From the NCBI RefSeq assembly GCF_030144855.1, contig NC_082711.1, positions 74,524,001-74,588,000 on the forward strand: 64,000 nucleotides of DNA, in the 5' to 3' direction. The DNA is from Hypanus sabinus (Eukaryota). Both the position numbers and the translations under genes were made by a program. The notes beneath the pieces were generated by a model that did not search any database, was not told where the DNA came from, and saw nothing but the letters and a program-made list of their open reading frames with translations. Of this stretch, positions 26,396 to 39,022 are shown in pieces (position 1 is the first letter of the stretch; every line of letters starts with the position of its first letter).

Positions 26396-27519
26396 ACATC
26401 TTGGGAGTTTCCTAAGTATTACACAGAACTGTTCATAATCCCATGTGTTTGATCAACACAGGCAAGTATCCAGACAAGAAAGACCCAGAGAGTTACAAGC
26501 CTAATGTAGGCAAATGAGATTACCACAGACAGGTATCATGGTGACTGTGGACTAGGTGGGTCAAAAGATCCATTTCTATGATGTATGATTCTGTGAATAA
26601 CTGGCTGTATGCTGTGGTGCCTTTTCCCATTGACAAATATTCCTGGCCGATGGTCTGGTGTCCTAATACCAATGTCTCTTCCGTCACTGACATTTTGCCA
26701 GTGGGGTGAGCCAACTAGTGCTGCAAATCCCTGTGGTTTGTCCTGATGAGTGTTGAGGTTAATGGGGAAAGTAATGTACTGATTAGGCCAGGTGAATAGG
26801 ACACCAGTGATCTGCTTCACACAGCTGTGCATTGCAGAATGTGATTGTTACATCTTGCTTGGTTTCCAAGAGCACTGATTGTTAATTAGACTTCCAGATT
26901 AAAATCTGTGTCTGAACAACTTGTTTATTCATCTAGCTTCAAGCCATGTGCTGGCTGAGTTATGCAATATGTTCTCATTACATTGAATTAAGTGCACATG
27001 ATATAAAGCACAAAATAACATTCATCAAACTATATCTGCTCCTTATATAGTTTTATGATATTTTATTATTTACAGTAGTATAACATATAATTTTCTTTTT
27101 CTACATAATAATGTTATATATTTTCTAATTTTAACTTGGATGATCAATTTTAAGATTAAACTCAGCATTCTTACCTTGTTTCAATTTACAGTATAGCCTA
27201 GGTGTAAAACCATTATGCCTTTATTTTGTTAATAAAGGCTATGGCTATTTCTCTTTGTATTGACTTGTTGCATTAACTTAGGGATATAGTGTTGCTGTAG
27301 AACTACTATAGTGCTATGGTACTATAATGTTTTGATAGTATTGCTGTATTCCCATTGCTATAGAAGTTGTACCCACATCTGCTGCTGCTGTTGATTTTGT
27401 TGTCTTGTTCCATTGATATCGCCTTTCCCATCAGCTCTAATGTAGATCAGAGAGACATTTGTTTCTCCTTTCACCTCTTTCAAACTTTACATTAGATGGT
27501 GATAGACTTTGGCTGATTT

Positions 27520-27730
27520 TCAAGTGTATAAAATCATGATGGGAATACAGGGTGAATGTGCTTTCCTAGGGTGGGGAATCAAGAAGTAGAGTGATATAGG
27601 TTTAAAGTGAGAGGGGACTTGAGGAACAATGTTTTTACACTAATGGTAGTATCTACAGTACGTGGAGTCAGTTTTCAGAGGAAGTGATTAAGGCAGGTAT
27701 AAAAACAACTTTTAAGACAGTTGTACCGTA
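27520..27730 (+). mobile_element. CR1 3' fragment
   Basis: gtgtataaaatcatga...ataggtttaaagtgagaggg...tttttacac. Confidence 0.65.
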
Positions 27731-27741
27731 TATGTCAAATC

Positions 27742-27850
27742 ACAAACAAGAGAAAATCTGCAGATGTTGGAAATCTAAGTAACACACACAAAATGCTGGA
27801 GGAACTCAGCAGGCCAGGCAGCATCTATGGAAAAGAGTACAGTTGACATC
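27742..27850 (-). repeat. Penelope pseudo-LTR-derived short repeat, truncated near the hammerhead cleavage position
   Basis: aaatctgcagatgttggaaatc...aaatgctggaggaactcagcaggccaggcagcatctatggaaaagagtacagttgacat. Confidence 0.85.
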
Positions 27851-28049
27851 AGTTCCTTATCAGAGATATCTATTTCCCCCAAAATTTGATAAATGAAATT
27901 CTGTAGCTTTTTGTTATGATTCTTGTTTCCTGAGTCCCAACCAATTCTCCTGGGTTAAGTTCTGGGACAATCCGCTGTGATGACGCCAGTGAACCATTGC
28001 TGCATTCTGTGGGCTTTCGAATTATTCTCACTGCAGTCTGCAGCAAGTA

Positions 28050-29297
28050 ATTTCTCTCTAAGCAATGTACTTTTAATCAATGTAATGATCTACAGATTTC
28101 ACAATTGTCTGTAAGTCTCGACGGACCAGCTGCTTTAAGCAGATGAAGGTGCATTGGCATGGCTGGAACCAAAGGCAGTAGGGAGAAATCTAAGCCGGAT
28201 TGAAATGCAGAGGGATGAGGCTCCCTCTACCCAGCATCTTGTTAGCAAATGTGCAGTCACTGGAGAACAAATCTGAGGACCTGAGAGCAAGACTCCTGTA
28301 TCGAAGTGAAATGAGGGACTGTTGTATTCAGTGTCTGACCGACTCCTGTCTTTCTCCCTGCACCCCAGATACAGGACTCAAATTGAAAGGCTTCTTGACT
28401 GCTGATTTGGAAAAGCCAAATGGTGGAGGTGTATGTTTCATAATAATTTCTCAGTGGTGCTCCAATGTGACCATTTTGACAAACTTTCTTACCCCAACCT
28501 TGAACACCTAACAGTTAAATGCCATTTATTCTATTGATTCAGGGAATTCTCCTCCATAATCCTGACTGCAGTTTAGATAACAGCAGTGGCCAACTTTAAT
28601 CAAACACTTGTGATACTGCACGATGCCGTCACCAAACAAGAAACTGTCCATCCCAATGCATTTCAAATCATAGTCGGAGACTTCAAGCAGACTTGATTGC
28701 AGAAAACTCTGCTCATTTACCATCAGCATATAACCTGTAGCACCAGAGGTCCCAACATACTACAGCACTACAGTACTAAGCTAAGGAATGCCAAGAACAC
28801 ATTTCGGTAAATCAGATCATTTGGCTGTCCTCCTACCTGCACTTAGGCAGAGGTTAAAGAGCAAAGCCCCAGAGATTAGGACAACAAAAAGGTGATCGGG
28901 GAAGGCAGAGGAGTGGCTACCGGATTGCTTTCAGTCAATGGATTGGGCCATGTTGAAGGACATATCTGTGGATCTGAATAAATATAAGGTTGACACAAAC
29001 TTTATCAAAACACTTGTAGATGAGTAGGTTCCTACAATATCATTCAGAATCTTCCCCAACCGGAGGCATTAGATGAACCATGAGATCCATAATCTGCTGA
29101 GAGCCAAATCAGAGACAGTCAAGTCTGATAACAAAGCAAGTTACAAGGGGTCCAGATATGATCTCTAGAAAGCAATCTCCTAGGCCAAGTGGCAACTCAC
29201 TCAACTTCATTTGCCCTATCATTGAAATGTACCCACAACCAAAGGAGTCACTTTTAACTCATGTTCTCAATATTTATTACTATAAATTATTATTATT

Positions 29298-29329
<32 letters not shown>

Positions 29330-29465
29330 TATTTATTAATTTCTTTCTTTTTCTATTTGCAATTTGTCACCTTTTGGGCACTGGTAGAACACCTAAGGCA
29401 ATGCAACCTTTCATTGACTCTGTTATGGTTTTACTCTATGGACTTACTGAGTTTGTCCACCAGAA
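28050..29465 (+). mobile_element. Rex1/Babar LINE, endonuclease region joined to a 3' UTR (internally deleted)
   Basis: ORF 28200-28511 LPSILLANVQSLENK, GGGVCF; ggtaaatcagatcatttggctgtc (GKSDHLAV); 29200-29465 resembles the Rex 3' UTR at 33600-34170. Confidence 0.8.
29285..29335. repeat. (TTA)n/(TCA)n compound microsatellite
   Basis: Seen directly; explains the poly-Ser and poly-His runs in spurious ORFs. Confidence 0.95.
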
Positions 29466-29860
29466 TGTCACAATGTGGGGGCAAGGGTGCTGGGGGAGGA
29501 CCCAAATGCAGGACACAAAACACTGTTTTGCGGGGTTAACTAGATAAAGTTTATTCCTAGTTACAAAGAGAGCCCTGACACAAGGATAGAACAGAGAGAA
29601 ATCAAGGAGAGCAAAGTGGAAATGGGAATAGGTGTAATGGACAAGGACTCAGGCCCTGGACTATGCTGAGACTCAGGGTCTGGGCTAGGACTTGGAGCTC
29701 ACGGATCGGAACCAGGACTCGGAACCCGGACCTCGGAGCCAGGACCTGATACTCAAACACAAGACATAGAACACTGAGCCAGGACTCCTCTTTTGACAGA
29801 GGATATGGAGCCAGGACTCTTCTTATTCATTGGACAGACTCAGGCACAGGACATAAAATA
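29466..29860. mobile_element. Probable LTR fragment with short degenerate tandem repeats
   Basis: Starts tgtcaca...aggacccaaatgcagg; repeated (cc)aggactc motifs; interrupts a Rex 3' UTR. Confidence 0.45.
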
Positions 29861-30308
29861 CAGACAGACAGACAGACATACTTTATTGATCCGGAGGGAA
29901 AATGGGTTTCGTTACAGTCGCACCAACCAAGAATGGTGTAGAAATATAGCAATATAAAACCATAAATAATTAAATAATAATAAAATAAGTCCAGGACCAG
30001 CCTATTGGCTCAGGGTGTCTGACACTCCGAGGGAGGAGTTGTAAAGTTTGATGGCCACAGGTAGGAATGACTTCCTATGACGCTCAGTGTTGCATCTTGG
30101 TGGAATGAGTCTCTGGCTGAATGAACTCCTGTGCCTGACCAGTACATTATGGAGTGGATGGGAGACACTGTCCAAGATGGCATGCAACTTGGACAGCATC
30201 CTCTTTTCAGACACCACCGTCAGAGAGTCCAGTTCCACCCCCACAACATTACTGGCCTTACGAATGAGTTTGTTGATTCTGTTGGTGTCTGCTACCCTCA
30301 GCCTGCTG
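29861..30308 (-). mobile_element. Young Rex1-type LINE 3' end with (TGTC)n tail
   Basis: Uninterrupted ORF RINKLIRKASNVVG...SHPLHNVL...PRCNTERHRKSFLPVAIKLYN; aataaagtatgtctgtctgtct terminus. Confidence 0.88.
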
Positions 30309-30859
30309 AGTTGTCCATTTGTAGTCGGAATTTGGATTTTCCTACTCACTTCCCTGATCGAGCAAGTCCAGTTGGAATTCTAGTTTAGGCAAACTTGCAA
30401 TATTGTATTGGATCAGTGGTTCACCAGTATCTCAGCTGGGCTAGGAGTAACCTTTGGCCCAATCCAGCTACTCTGTCTATTCCATTACACTTCTGACTTG
30501 TGTCTTATAGATTATAGTGGTTAGCTATGAAAATAGATGTATAAGACTTTGTACGAAGATGTGCTATGAGGGAAGCACCAGAAGCAGCCTATATTTGAAT
30601 ATAATGTACCAGTTACAGCCTGAAGAAGGTTAGCAGTTGATTTCTTCATGGTAGAATTCAAAGTTACCTGTTGGAAATGCTTTGACAAATTAGGTTTTCC
30701 AAGGAACTTGGGATCTGTGTATACTGCTTCTGCATTTCTTTTGCAGCATTCTCTATTGTCCCATTGTATTGTAGATTACATGGAGACAATGATGATTGAA
30801 TGAATTCCTACATCCTCCATTTCCTGCATCTTTACTCTGACTTTACTCTACTTCTCATG

Positions 30860-31520
30860 TAAAGCAAGGATAGGGTTCTTTTTGTCTTTACCTTTTACAA
30901 CACTGGCCTCTAAACCCAATCCACTATCCTGATCTGTTTCTGCTAACTCAGGTATCATCCCAGCCTCAGTCACATTTTCACTTCTTCATTCACCCTCCTG
31001 CATTCTGTGTCCAGTTCAGCACTCCTTAGTCCACTGGTCTCACCCCATACCCTGACACTTTACAGCAAGTGTAACACCTGTTATTTCACCTCCCATCCTC
31101 ACACCATCCTAACCAGGACTGCTGAACTCACTACTCACAAGTGGATATACCCAGAGTCTGCAGTTGCATCCCGTTTTAATTCCCTTCCCATTCCCACACT
31201 GAACTTTCTGACCTTGGCCTTTTCCATCGCTCACATTGGAAGAACAAAATCTCCTATTCAATTTAAGCAGTTTTGAACCCAATTGTATGAATACTGTATT
31301 TTCCAGTTTCAGGTAATCCATCAGGGCTCTCCTCCCACACATATCTGCCTACCTTTCTTTTCCCATTATTCATGACATCCTATCCCTTCCCCCACCTGGT
31401 TTTATCTATTCATCATCCCCTCCTCATCTGCCCCTGTCCCACCCCTTCATACTGCTACACACTGGCATCCTTTCCTACTCTTTTCCAGTCCTCTCAGAAC
31501 AAAATGTCAACACATCTTTT
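30860..31520 (+). mobile_element. Degenerate Penelope-like element 3' part
   Basis: caaggatagggttctttttgtctttacc...caagtgtaacacctg...ttgcatcccgttttaattccc; ends in a decayed ccagtcct...aaaatgtcaac hammerhead position. Confidence 0.7.
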
Positions 31521-31679
31521 CTTTCACTTAACTACCTTAAAGACATGGTAGTAACTGTGAATTAACCTGATTCCGTTGTACATTAACTTTTTCTCTGCAA
31601 TACAGAGGATTTGCAGTAAATTAACCCATCACTATCAAATTATCATTCAACTGTTTGTTTACTGTCATCAAAAGTTTGC

Positions 31680-32300
31680 AGGCACAGGGGTACATGGGTG
31701 CACAAATCAAATGAATCCTTGGAGGTAGCAAAGCATATCAAGTATGCACATTGAATCCTGGGCTACACATATAGAGGAAGAGAATACTAAAGCAAATGTG
31801 TTTTGATGTATGTGTAAGGGTATAGCAGGGCATTTCACCAACTTAGAATGGATGAAAGTGCAGATAATTCCAAGGATGAGAGATCTCTACAAGGAGTAAA
31901 GATTGGAGAACTTGGGCTTGGTCTTTTGGAAGCAAAGAGTTGGGAGAAGAATTTCTCTTGGTGAATAAAAAATTACTATGTTAAGATAAAATAAATGAAA
32001 ATAATCTGTTTCTATTAGCAGAGACATGAAACAACACAAGGAACAGATTTAAAGTACTTACCAAAAGCTGTAGGGATGATATGAGGGAAAGTATCTGCTC
32101 AGTGAATAATTATGATCAATGTTCACTATCAGATAGTGTGATGGGTTCACATTCTACTGTGAATTATGAAATGGAATGGAATAATTATATGAAACTAAAA
32201 TCAGTGTAGCTAAGGGGTAAGGGAATGGAAGTGAATGGACTGCTCTATAATAATCTAGTACAGATGGACTAAATGGCTCCTTTTTATTTATAGATACATT
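31680..32300 (+). mobile_element. Old CR1 3' fragment
   Basis: gattggagaacttgggcttggtcttttggaagcaaagag...cagatttaaagtact. Confidence 0.6.
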
Positions 32301-32999
32301 ATGATCCACTCAGCAATAATTCAATAATGCATGTTTGTGTTTCTGTATTTAGTCAAGAGTATTGCTAATTGAGCATATCAATCATGGAGATTCCTCAGGT
32401 TACTACAATTTGGAGATTTTTAATCTATTTCCATTTCCTTGCAGGATTGCATTTTTGAAAGGATCAATTGCTTTGAGAATTGTAAGACTCCTTTAATCTG
32501 TTGATGATAATACTTTGAGATGGCGAGAAATTTGTTTATTAAAACCTATTAGTTTTCTTTGCAATCTGCTCAATGTAATTAAATCTTCTATGAGCACCTT
32601 GCCAAAATTCATTAATTGCAACTATTATAATTACTGTCAATCAACTCTCTGAAATTTGGGATTCAGGTATCTTTATTTCTTTCAAAGACCCTGCATTTCA
32701 TATATTATCTTCATTTTAAAGGTCACCCTTCAAATCAAATATTATTTTGATTTGGCAAAGCACTGCCATCCCTCACCTTTGTTACAAATATTAAATCTTT
32801 ACAATCCAGAGGACTGATGTTCAACTCACCACCTTTTGTTGAGGAAATGCTTTACAGATTTTGCTGTGCTAACAACCAACAAACAATTTTGCCTTGAAAG
32901 ATAACTAAGTATTTCATGTGCAATAACTTTTGTTATGCTGTCAAAGTTGGTCAACTGGTTTTGATAATTGTGCACATAACCTATGCTAAGCTCTCACTT

Positions 33000-34170
33000 T
33001 ATGCTGGCAAAATCAAGAACTGATTATTAACTTCAAGAGGAGGAAAACAGAGGTCATTGAGCCAGTCCTCATCAGGGGATCAGAGGTGGAGACGGTTATT
33101 AACTTTAAATTCCTTAGTGTTATTGATCCTGCATTCAGCACATAAGTGGATTATGAAGAAAGCACAGCAGTGCCTCACCTTCCTTCAGAGTTGTAAAGAT
33201 ACAGCATGTTATCTAAAACTTTGACAAACTTCTATAGATGTGTGGTGGAGAGCATATTGAGTGGCTGCACCGCAACCTAGTATGGAAACACAAATATCCT
33301 TGAAAAGCAGAGCCTACAAAAAGTAGTGGATATGGCTCAGTCCATCATGGGTAAAGCCCTCCCCATCACTGAGCACATCTGCACGGAGCACTGTCACAGT
33401 AGAAAGGCATCTATTATCAAAGACTCTCGCCCTCCATGCTGTACTCTCAATTTGCTGTTGAATCAACAAGAAGGTACAGTAGCCTCAGGACTCACACTAA
33501 CAGGTTCAGAAACAGTTATTATCCCTCAACCACCAGGCTCTCAAACTAGAGGGGATGACTTCACTCACCCTAGCACTGAACTGGACTCACTTTCAGGGAC
33601 TCTGCATCTCATGTTCTCGATATTTATTGCTTATTTACTATTATTACTACTTCTCCTTTTTTTCCTTTTTGTATTAACCAGATAACCATATATAACATAT
33701 AACAATCACAACACGGAAACAGGCCATCTTGGCCCTTCTAGTCCGTGCCGAACTCTTAATCTCACCTTGTCCCACCTACCCGCACTCAGCCCATAACTCT
33801 CCATTCCTTTCCTGTCCATATACCTATCCAATTTTACCTTAAATGACACAACTGAACTGGCCTCTACTACTTCTGCAGGAAGCTCATTCCACACAGCTAT
33901 CACTCTCTGAGTAAAGAACTACCCCCTCGTGTTTCCCTTAAACTTCTGCCCCCTAACTCTCAAATCATGTCCTGTCGTTTGAATAAACGTAAATCATGTC
34001 CTCTCGTTTGTTATTGGCACAGTTTGTTGTCTTTTACGCATTGGTTGGGGTGGTCTTTCACTGATTCTATTGTTTTCCTCGTAGTTATGGGGAATGTTTG
34101 CAAGAAAATTAACTCAGCATTGTATATGATGACATATATATACTTTGATAATAAATTAACTTTGAAGTAA
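33000..34170 (+). mobile_element. Rex1/Babar LINE 3' part with nested CR1
   Basis: aactttaaattccttagtgt (NFKFL.V), gagagcatattgagtggctgcac, tail tttgataataaattaactttgaa. Confidence 0.85.
33676..34010 (-). mobile_element. Young CR1 3' fragment inserted in a Rex 3' UTR
   Basis: ORF 33706-33903 AVWNELPAEVVEASSVVSFKVKLDRYM; tail repeat at 33676-33705. Confidence 0.9.
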
Positions 34171-34359
34171 GGGTTCAGCACTGTCAAAAGTATTATGTAT
34201 CAGATGTTAAACTGATGCCTTGCCTGCAAAAAGGGTAACCCATCTGTTGTCTTGATCACATTAATAGAACTTCCACTTTAACTGAAAGATGAATATTTTT
34301 ATACATCTGCTTTCTGTCTCTGGATTCCGACTGCTTGCAATTGGTTCACTAATGACTTA

Positions 34360-34859
34360 CACTCAATGGCCACTTTATTTGGCAACTTCTTTTTGATATG
34401 TTGAACATTCAGAGATGTTCTTCTGCATGCTACTGTTGTAACGTTGGTTATTTGAGTTACTGTCGCCTTTCTGTCAGCTTGAAACAGTCTGGACATTCTC
34501 TTCTGACCTCTCTCGTCACAAGGTATTTTCATCCACAGAACTGCTGCTCGTTGGATGTTTTTTTGTTTCTTGGACCATTATCTGTGAACTCCAGAGATTG
34601 CTGTGCATTAAAATCTCCAGCAATCAGCAGTTTCCAAGATACTCAAACCACCACATCTGGCACCAACAATCATTCCACAGTCAAAGTCACTTAGATCACA
34701 TTTCTTTCCCATTCTGATGTATGGTGTGAACAACAACTGAACCTTTTGACTATGTTTGCATGCATTTATGCATTGAGCTGCTGTCTCATGATGGGCTGAT
34801 TAGATATTTGCATTAATGAACAGGTGTATAAGTGTACCTAATAACATAATCACTGAGTA
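34360..34859 (-). mobile_element. Tc1/mariner transposon, internally deleted
   Basis: Imperfect TIRs TA|cactcaatggccactttatt and taataacataatcactgagta|TA; transposase N-terminal RGQKRMSRLFQADRKATVTQIT. Confidence 0.85.
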
Positions 34860-37718
34860 TATATTCTGACACCCACTATAATTCAAAATAATTGATTATG
34901 CAATGATTTTTGAGCTCATTGTTTGCACTGTATAAATTTAACAAATTTTAAATAACTTCCACCAACCTCTCTTCTAATTCTCCTTTTCACAGCAGTAAAT
35001 TCATCATTTTGACATCCCTACCAAAGAAAATTAATCTCCTGTTAGCCTTAAACTGCTAAAGTGGAACTTGTACCAGAACATATAGTTTTTCAGCATATCT
35101 GAAATCCCATTACTGCCATTGTTCTGTTAAGTTTGCATTGAGTATTCCTCATGGTCTTATTGTATAATGTATCATTTTCATTACGGGTTAATACAAATAC
35201 TAACCACTATGAAAGCATCACGCACTGTGTTATTATTATTTCTAAATCCATGCACTCTGAGACATTATTTTTCCAACAATAATGGATTTAGTTGTTTTTT
35301 TATGGTTTATTTAGCATAATGCAGAGCCTCAAGGGATTGTATATCCAAATGTCCCAGAGTCTCTATTCATTGAGTTAATCAAGAGTAGAAAAACCCAATT
35401 CATTGTTTTCTTGCTGAAGTGGATTATTTCACAGTTCCTCACACTATAAAACATTTGTTCCGTACTCAATGTTTAGCAGAAGCCCTGTTATTGCATTGTA
35501 TCCAGCATTCAATATCATAATTTACATGCCTAAGCTGTAGTTATTTACAGAAACTTGATGCAAAAACATGGTTCATCACATGCAACCACTCATTAATAGA
35601 AGCAAGATCCAATTATCCCATCTCCTGTTCATTATTCTTTAACATTATATACATTCTTCCAAATTTTCCATTGTACTATCACCTGAATTTTTATAACAAA
35701 CAGAATAGTAAACTATTTAACATCCAAATGTACAGTATTATCTCTATTGAATTTCCTTTCAATCATCCACTTCTTCAAGAAATTTGTTGATTTTCTTTGA
35801 TTATTTGTAAGTATTCATTTAAAAAAATAATTCTGAATTATGCATTCTTTTGGAAGTGAAATGATTTGGCAAAAGTAGCCTGAAACCATCTCTCAAGCAT
35901 ATTAGAACCCTATTTTTCATCACCACCATACATTTCAATTGAAAAGAAAATCAAAACAAGTTCACTTTGACTTTTTTCATGACAATGGCACAAACCAATT
36001 TCAATATAGATTTTCTCTGTTAGCTTCTTGCCACGATCATTCTCTGCCTAATGCTTTCTAATGAGTTTGCTGTAGAAGTGGGTTACCACAATAATGGAAA
36101 GTAAATGTTACATAAAACAGGTTTCCTCTTTTATGGGATGTCAAGAATGTAGTTCATAAAAAGGTTACAAACTAGATTACTGCAATGTCTGTTTCATATT
36201 GTTAAATTTAAATCCATTTACATAAAAGGCATTTGCAGATATTACAACCGCAGTAGAGAATAAAGAAGGAACTTAATGCAAGGTAAGAGAATTCAGAGAT
36301 AATATGTAAGCTGTTTGTTTCTTGATGCCATATAAAACTCTGTAATTTCATAGATATTAAGTAATTTTAAAAAAAAATCTTGATAATTGAATAGTAATTA
36401 TGCAAATTTGCAGAGAGTAATCATGGTAAACAAATCAGTACAATAATCAATTTGCTAAGTAATGTATCTTAACTGAAGAAGAAAATCATCCCTCCAAAAT
36501 TAGAATGTTAAGATGTTGAAATCAGGTCAAAAATAAGTGACCCAATTTTTTAAAAAAAAGTTGATGTTGCATCTGATACCTTGCAAAAATGATATATATC
36601 TAGATTATCTCAAAATAAATTACATGTTCATGAGCAAAGCTTGTTTAGAAGTAAAGGTAACAAATCAAAATTGTTGAAGCAATGCAACATATACAGTACA
36701 TTGCAATTTCCTTTTTATGCCTTGGTTTTGATTTCAACAAAGTTCATTTAATAACAACCAATTACTGATGCATAATGTAGCCATTCATTTTATTCCAGTG
36801 TAAATATACATTGGCCTAAAACATGTTTTTGAACCACTTGCGATTGATGAAACTTTGATCTGTTATTTTGTGGTCTAAATAAGGGTTTTTTCCCACAAAA
36901 TTCCATATAAAATATACTAAAATAAAATCATCATTACATAACACTCAGTTTATGTCTGTAAATGGGAAATATTCTGAACAACTAGCTGCACTAAAATTAA
37001 CATTGCTCTTATATCAAAAAATGATAATTCTGCAGATAATCATATACTTTTATGTCTCTAATAAAACATAAAGAACTGATTTCTCTCACAGCAGATGTTG
37101 GTTTACTTAAGTGCCTTTTTATTTGGATTTTCTAAAACATCCTCCTGCACTCTTGCCTTTGACAGCTCCTGCTTCTGGCAATTCTGAATTGAAACTGACT
37201 TCAAAGCAATAAAATGAATTCTGCTTCAACCTAGCAACCACTTCAAAGTAAACTACATGGCTTCCGAGGGCAGCAAACTCTTGACTGCACCTTAAGTCTC
37301 TTTGCTCGAGTACATAATAAGTATATTATCCAGTTGTTGACCTCCAACAGTGCCCTAACTGTGGTGTAAATGGAACACAAAATGAATTTCAGAAGCTTGG
37401 TAAGGTGGTCAGTTAATAGCTCAGAATTATTCTTGTTGACAGTTCTTTCTTTGCCCAGTCTTATATCCCCAGTTGCCACCAATTCCCAATAGTCAAATAT
37501 ACTTACAGCAGAAATTTGTAAGATATTGATCTCTTATGATGAAACTAATGGAAAATGGACTTTAATTTAGGGTAAGAAATATTTAATCTCAAATTTCAAC
37601 AAATTCATGTGGTTTAAAAAGCAAACATGAGGAAATCTGCAGATGCTGGAAATTCAAACAACACACACAAAATGCTGATGAAACACAGCAGGCCAGGCAG
37701 CATCTACAGGGCGAAGCA

Positions 37719-37756
37719 CAGTCGACGTTTCGGGCCGAGACCCTTCGTCAGGACTA
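37719..37756 (-). ncRNA. Minimal type I hammerhead ribozyme motif, core intact
   Basis: uAGUC CUGACGA a GGGU-cucg-GCCC GAAAC GUC^ GACUg: helix I AGUC/GACU, conserved CUGANGA and GAAA, helix II, loopless palindromic helix III (ACGU). Activity not shown. Confidence 0.8.
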
Positions 37757-37801
37757 ACTGAAAGGAAAGATTTCAAATCTCTTACTATCTTTTCTTTCAG
37801 T

Positions 37802-37838
37802 TAGTCCTGACAAAGGGTCTCAGCCCGAAATGTCGACA
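37802..37838 (+). ncRNA. Hammerhead motif, core mutated
   Basis: tagtc CTGACAA agggtctcagccc GAAAT GTC gac: G8>A and C15.2>U, both CpG-type transitions. Confidence 0.6.
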
Positions 37839-39022
37839 GTGCTTCTCCCTATAGATGCTGCCTGGCCTGCCAAATTCATGTGGTGTTACTGTTACATGCA
37901 ACATTCCATCAGCTATTGAAGAGATCTCACCCAATTTGTCTTCAGCATCAACATTTTCAGGATTTGCATCAATATCCCCAACTAAAATTGCTGTGCAATC
38001 TCCTTAAAAAGAAGATATAATCACTCACTCACTCACTTCACTGAAATGTACCGATTTCAAGTGTAAATCAACTTCCAATCATTCTATGCCACATTGCTCA
38101 CTCAATGATTAAGCATTCATTTGAGTGACAATAAGGATTGCCTTGATGTGCTTTTGGATCTATTAAGTAGTAAATTTTATTTTGCCAATTAATTCTCCAC
38201 ATAAAAGGTAAATGTATAATAAATTTTAACAATCTGCAGTAGACAAATACAGCCCATAACAGGAAACAGCAAACCTACTAGGTGATTCATGCTACTAGAT
38301 AGTAATAAAGTAATCATGGTCTCAGACAACTTTGGCAGACATAATGAGAATTTAAATCAAACATATCAAAAATAATATTGGAAAAGCTATCAAAACTATA
38401 ATACACAGAAAATAAATTGCAAATTGCACTGTTTTAGTGTATTGATGCCTGCAAAAAATGGAACATTTATCGAAATACAAACTGAGATGACATTAGGAGG
38501 ATTTACACCCGGAAGCAGGTGTCAGTAGCACCTCAGAGTGTTTGAGAAGAGCAACATGGAAACAGGACCATCGAGTCTGACTATAGGCCATTGACCATCT
38601 ATCTGGGTACAGCATTTTGCTGACCAGTATTCAAATGAGGGCATCAACAACCAACTGAAAAATCACTATGGCAGATACTCAGAAAAGCATACAATTTAGC
38701 TGCCACTAGAGGAGACGGAGAGTGGGAGGGGAATGAGAAGCTTCCACATTTCCTCAAAAAAGACATGTAAATTCAGCTTAGTTTATTCATGGTATGCAAA
38801 ATATCTTTAGCAACAAGGACCAGGGAAAATGTCAGGATCACAATAAGAAAGACCTGGTAACAAATGATTATAGCAGTTTCTCTCAGAACTGAGAATTCCC
38901 AAATAATATAAAGGTTGGCAACAAAATTCTATGGTTTCATAAATCAAGGTGATCTAATCCACACTGCAAAGCACATCCATTTTGATAGAGGCAACAGAAT
39001 CCCATCTTTAGGAAATCAATAT

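Larger units (their letters stand above)
37614..37869. mobile_element. Fold-back Penelope-derived hairpin insertion with a hammerhead motif in each arm and 14-bp TSD
   Basis: Inverted arms ~37688-37770 and ~37789-37869; TSD caaattcatgtggt at 37600-37613 and 37870-37883. Confidence 0.92.

Noticed and set aside
26740-26785. CTGATGA...GAAA spacing resembling a hammerhead
   Set aside because: No proper helix II closing pair before GAAA and no convincing helix I or III
29158-29547. ORFs with poly-Ser and poly-His runs
   Set aside because: Produced by a (TCA)n microsatellite inside a LINE 3' UTR
29640-29830. Spaced aggactc repeats resembling a CRISPR array
   Set aside because: Short, irregular, degenerate repeats in eukaryotic DNA with no cas genes
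37243-37482. 79-aa minus-strand ORF in unique sequence
   Set aside because: Non-ATG start, no recognisable domain, no splice support
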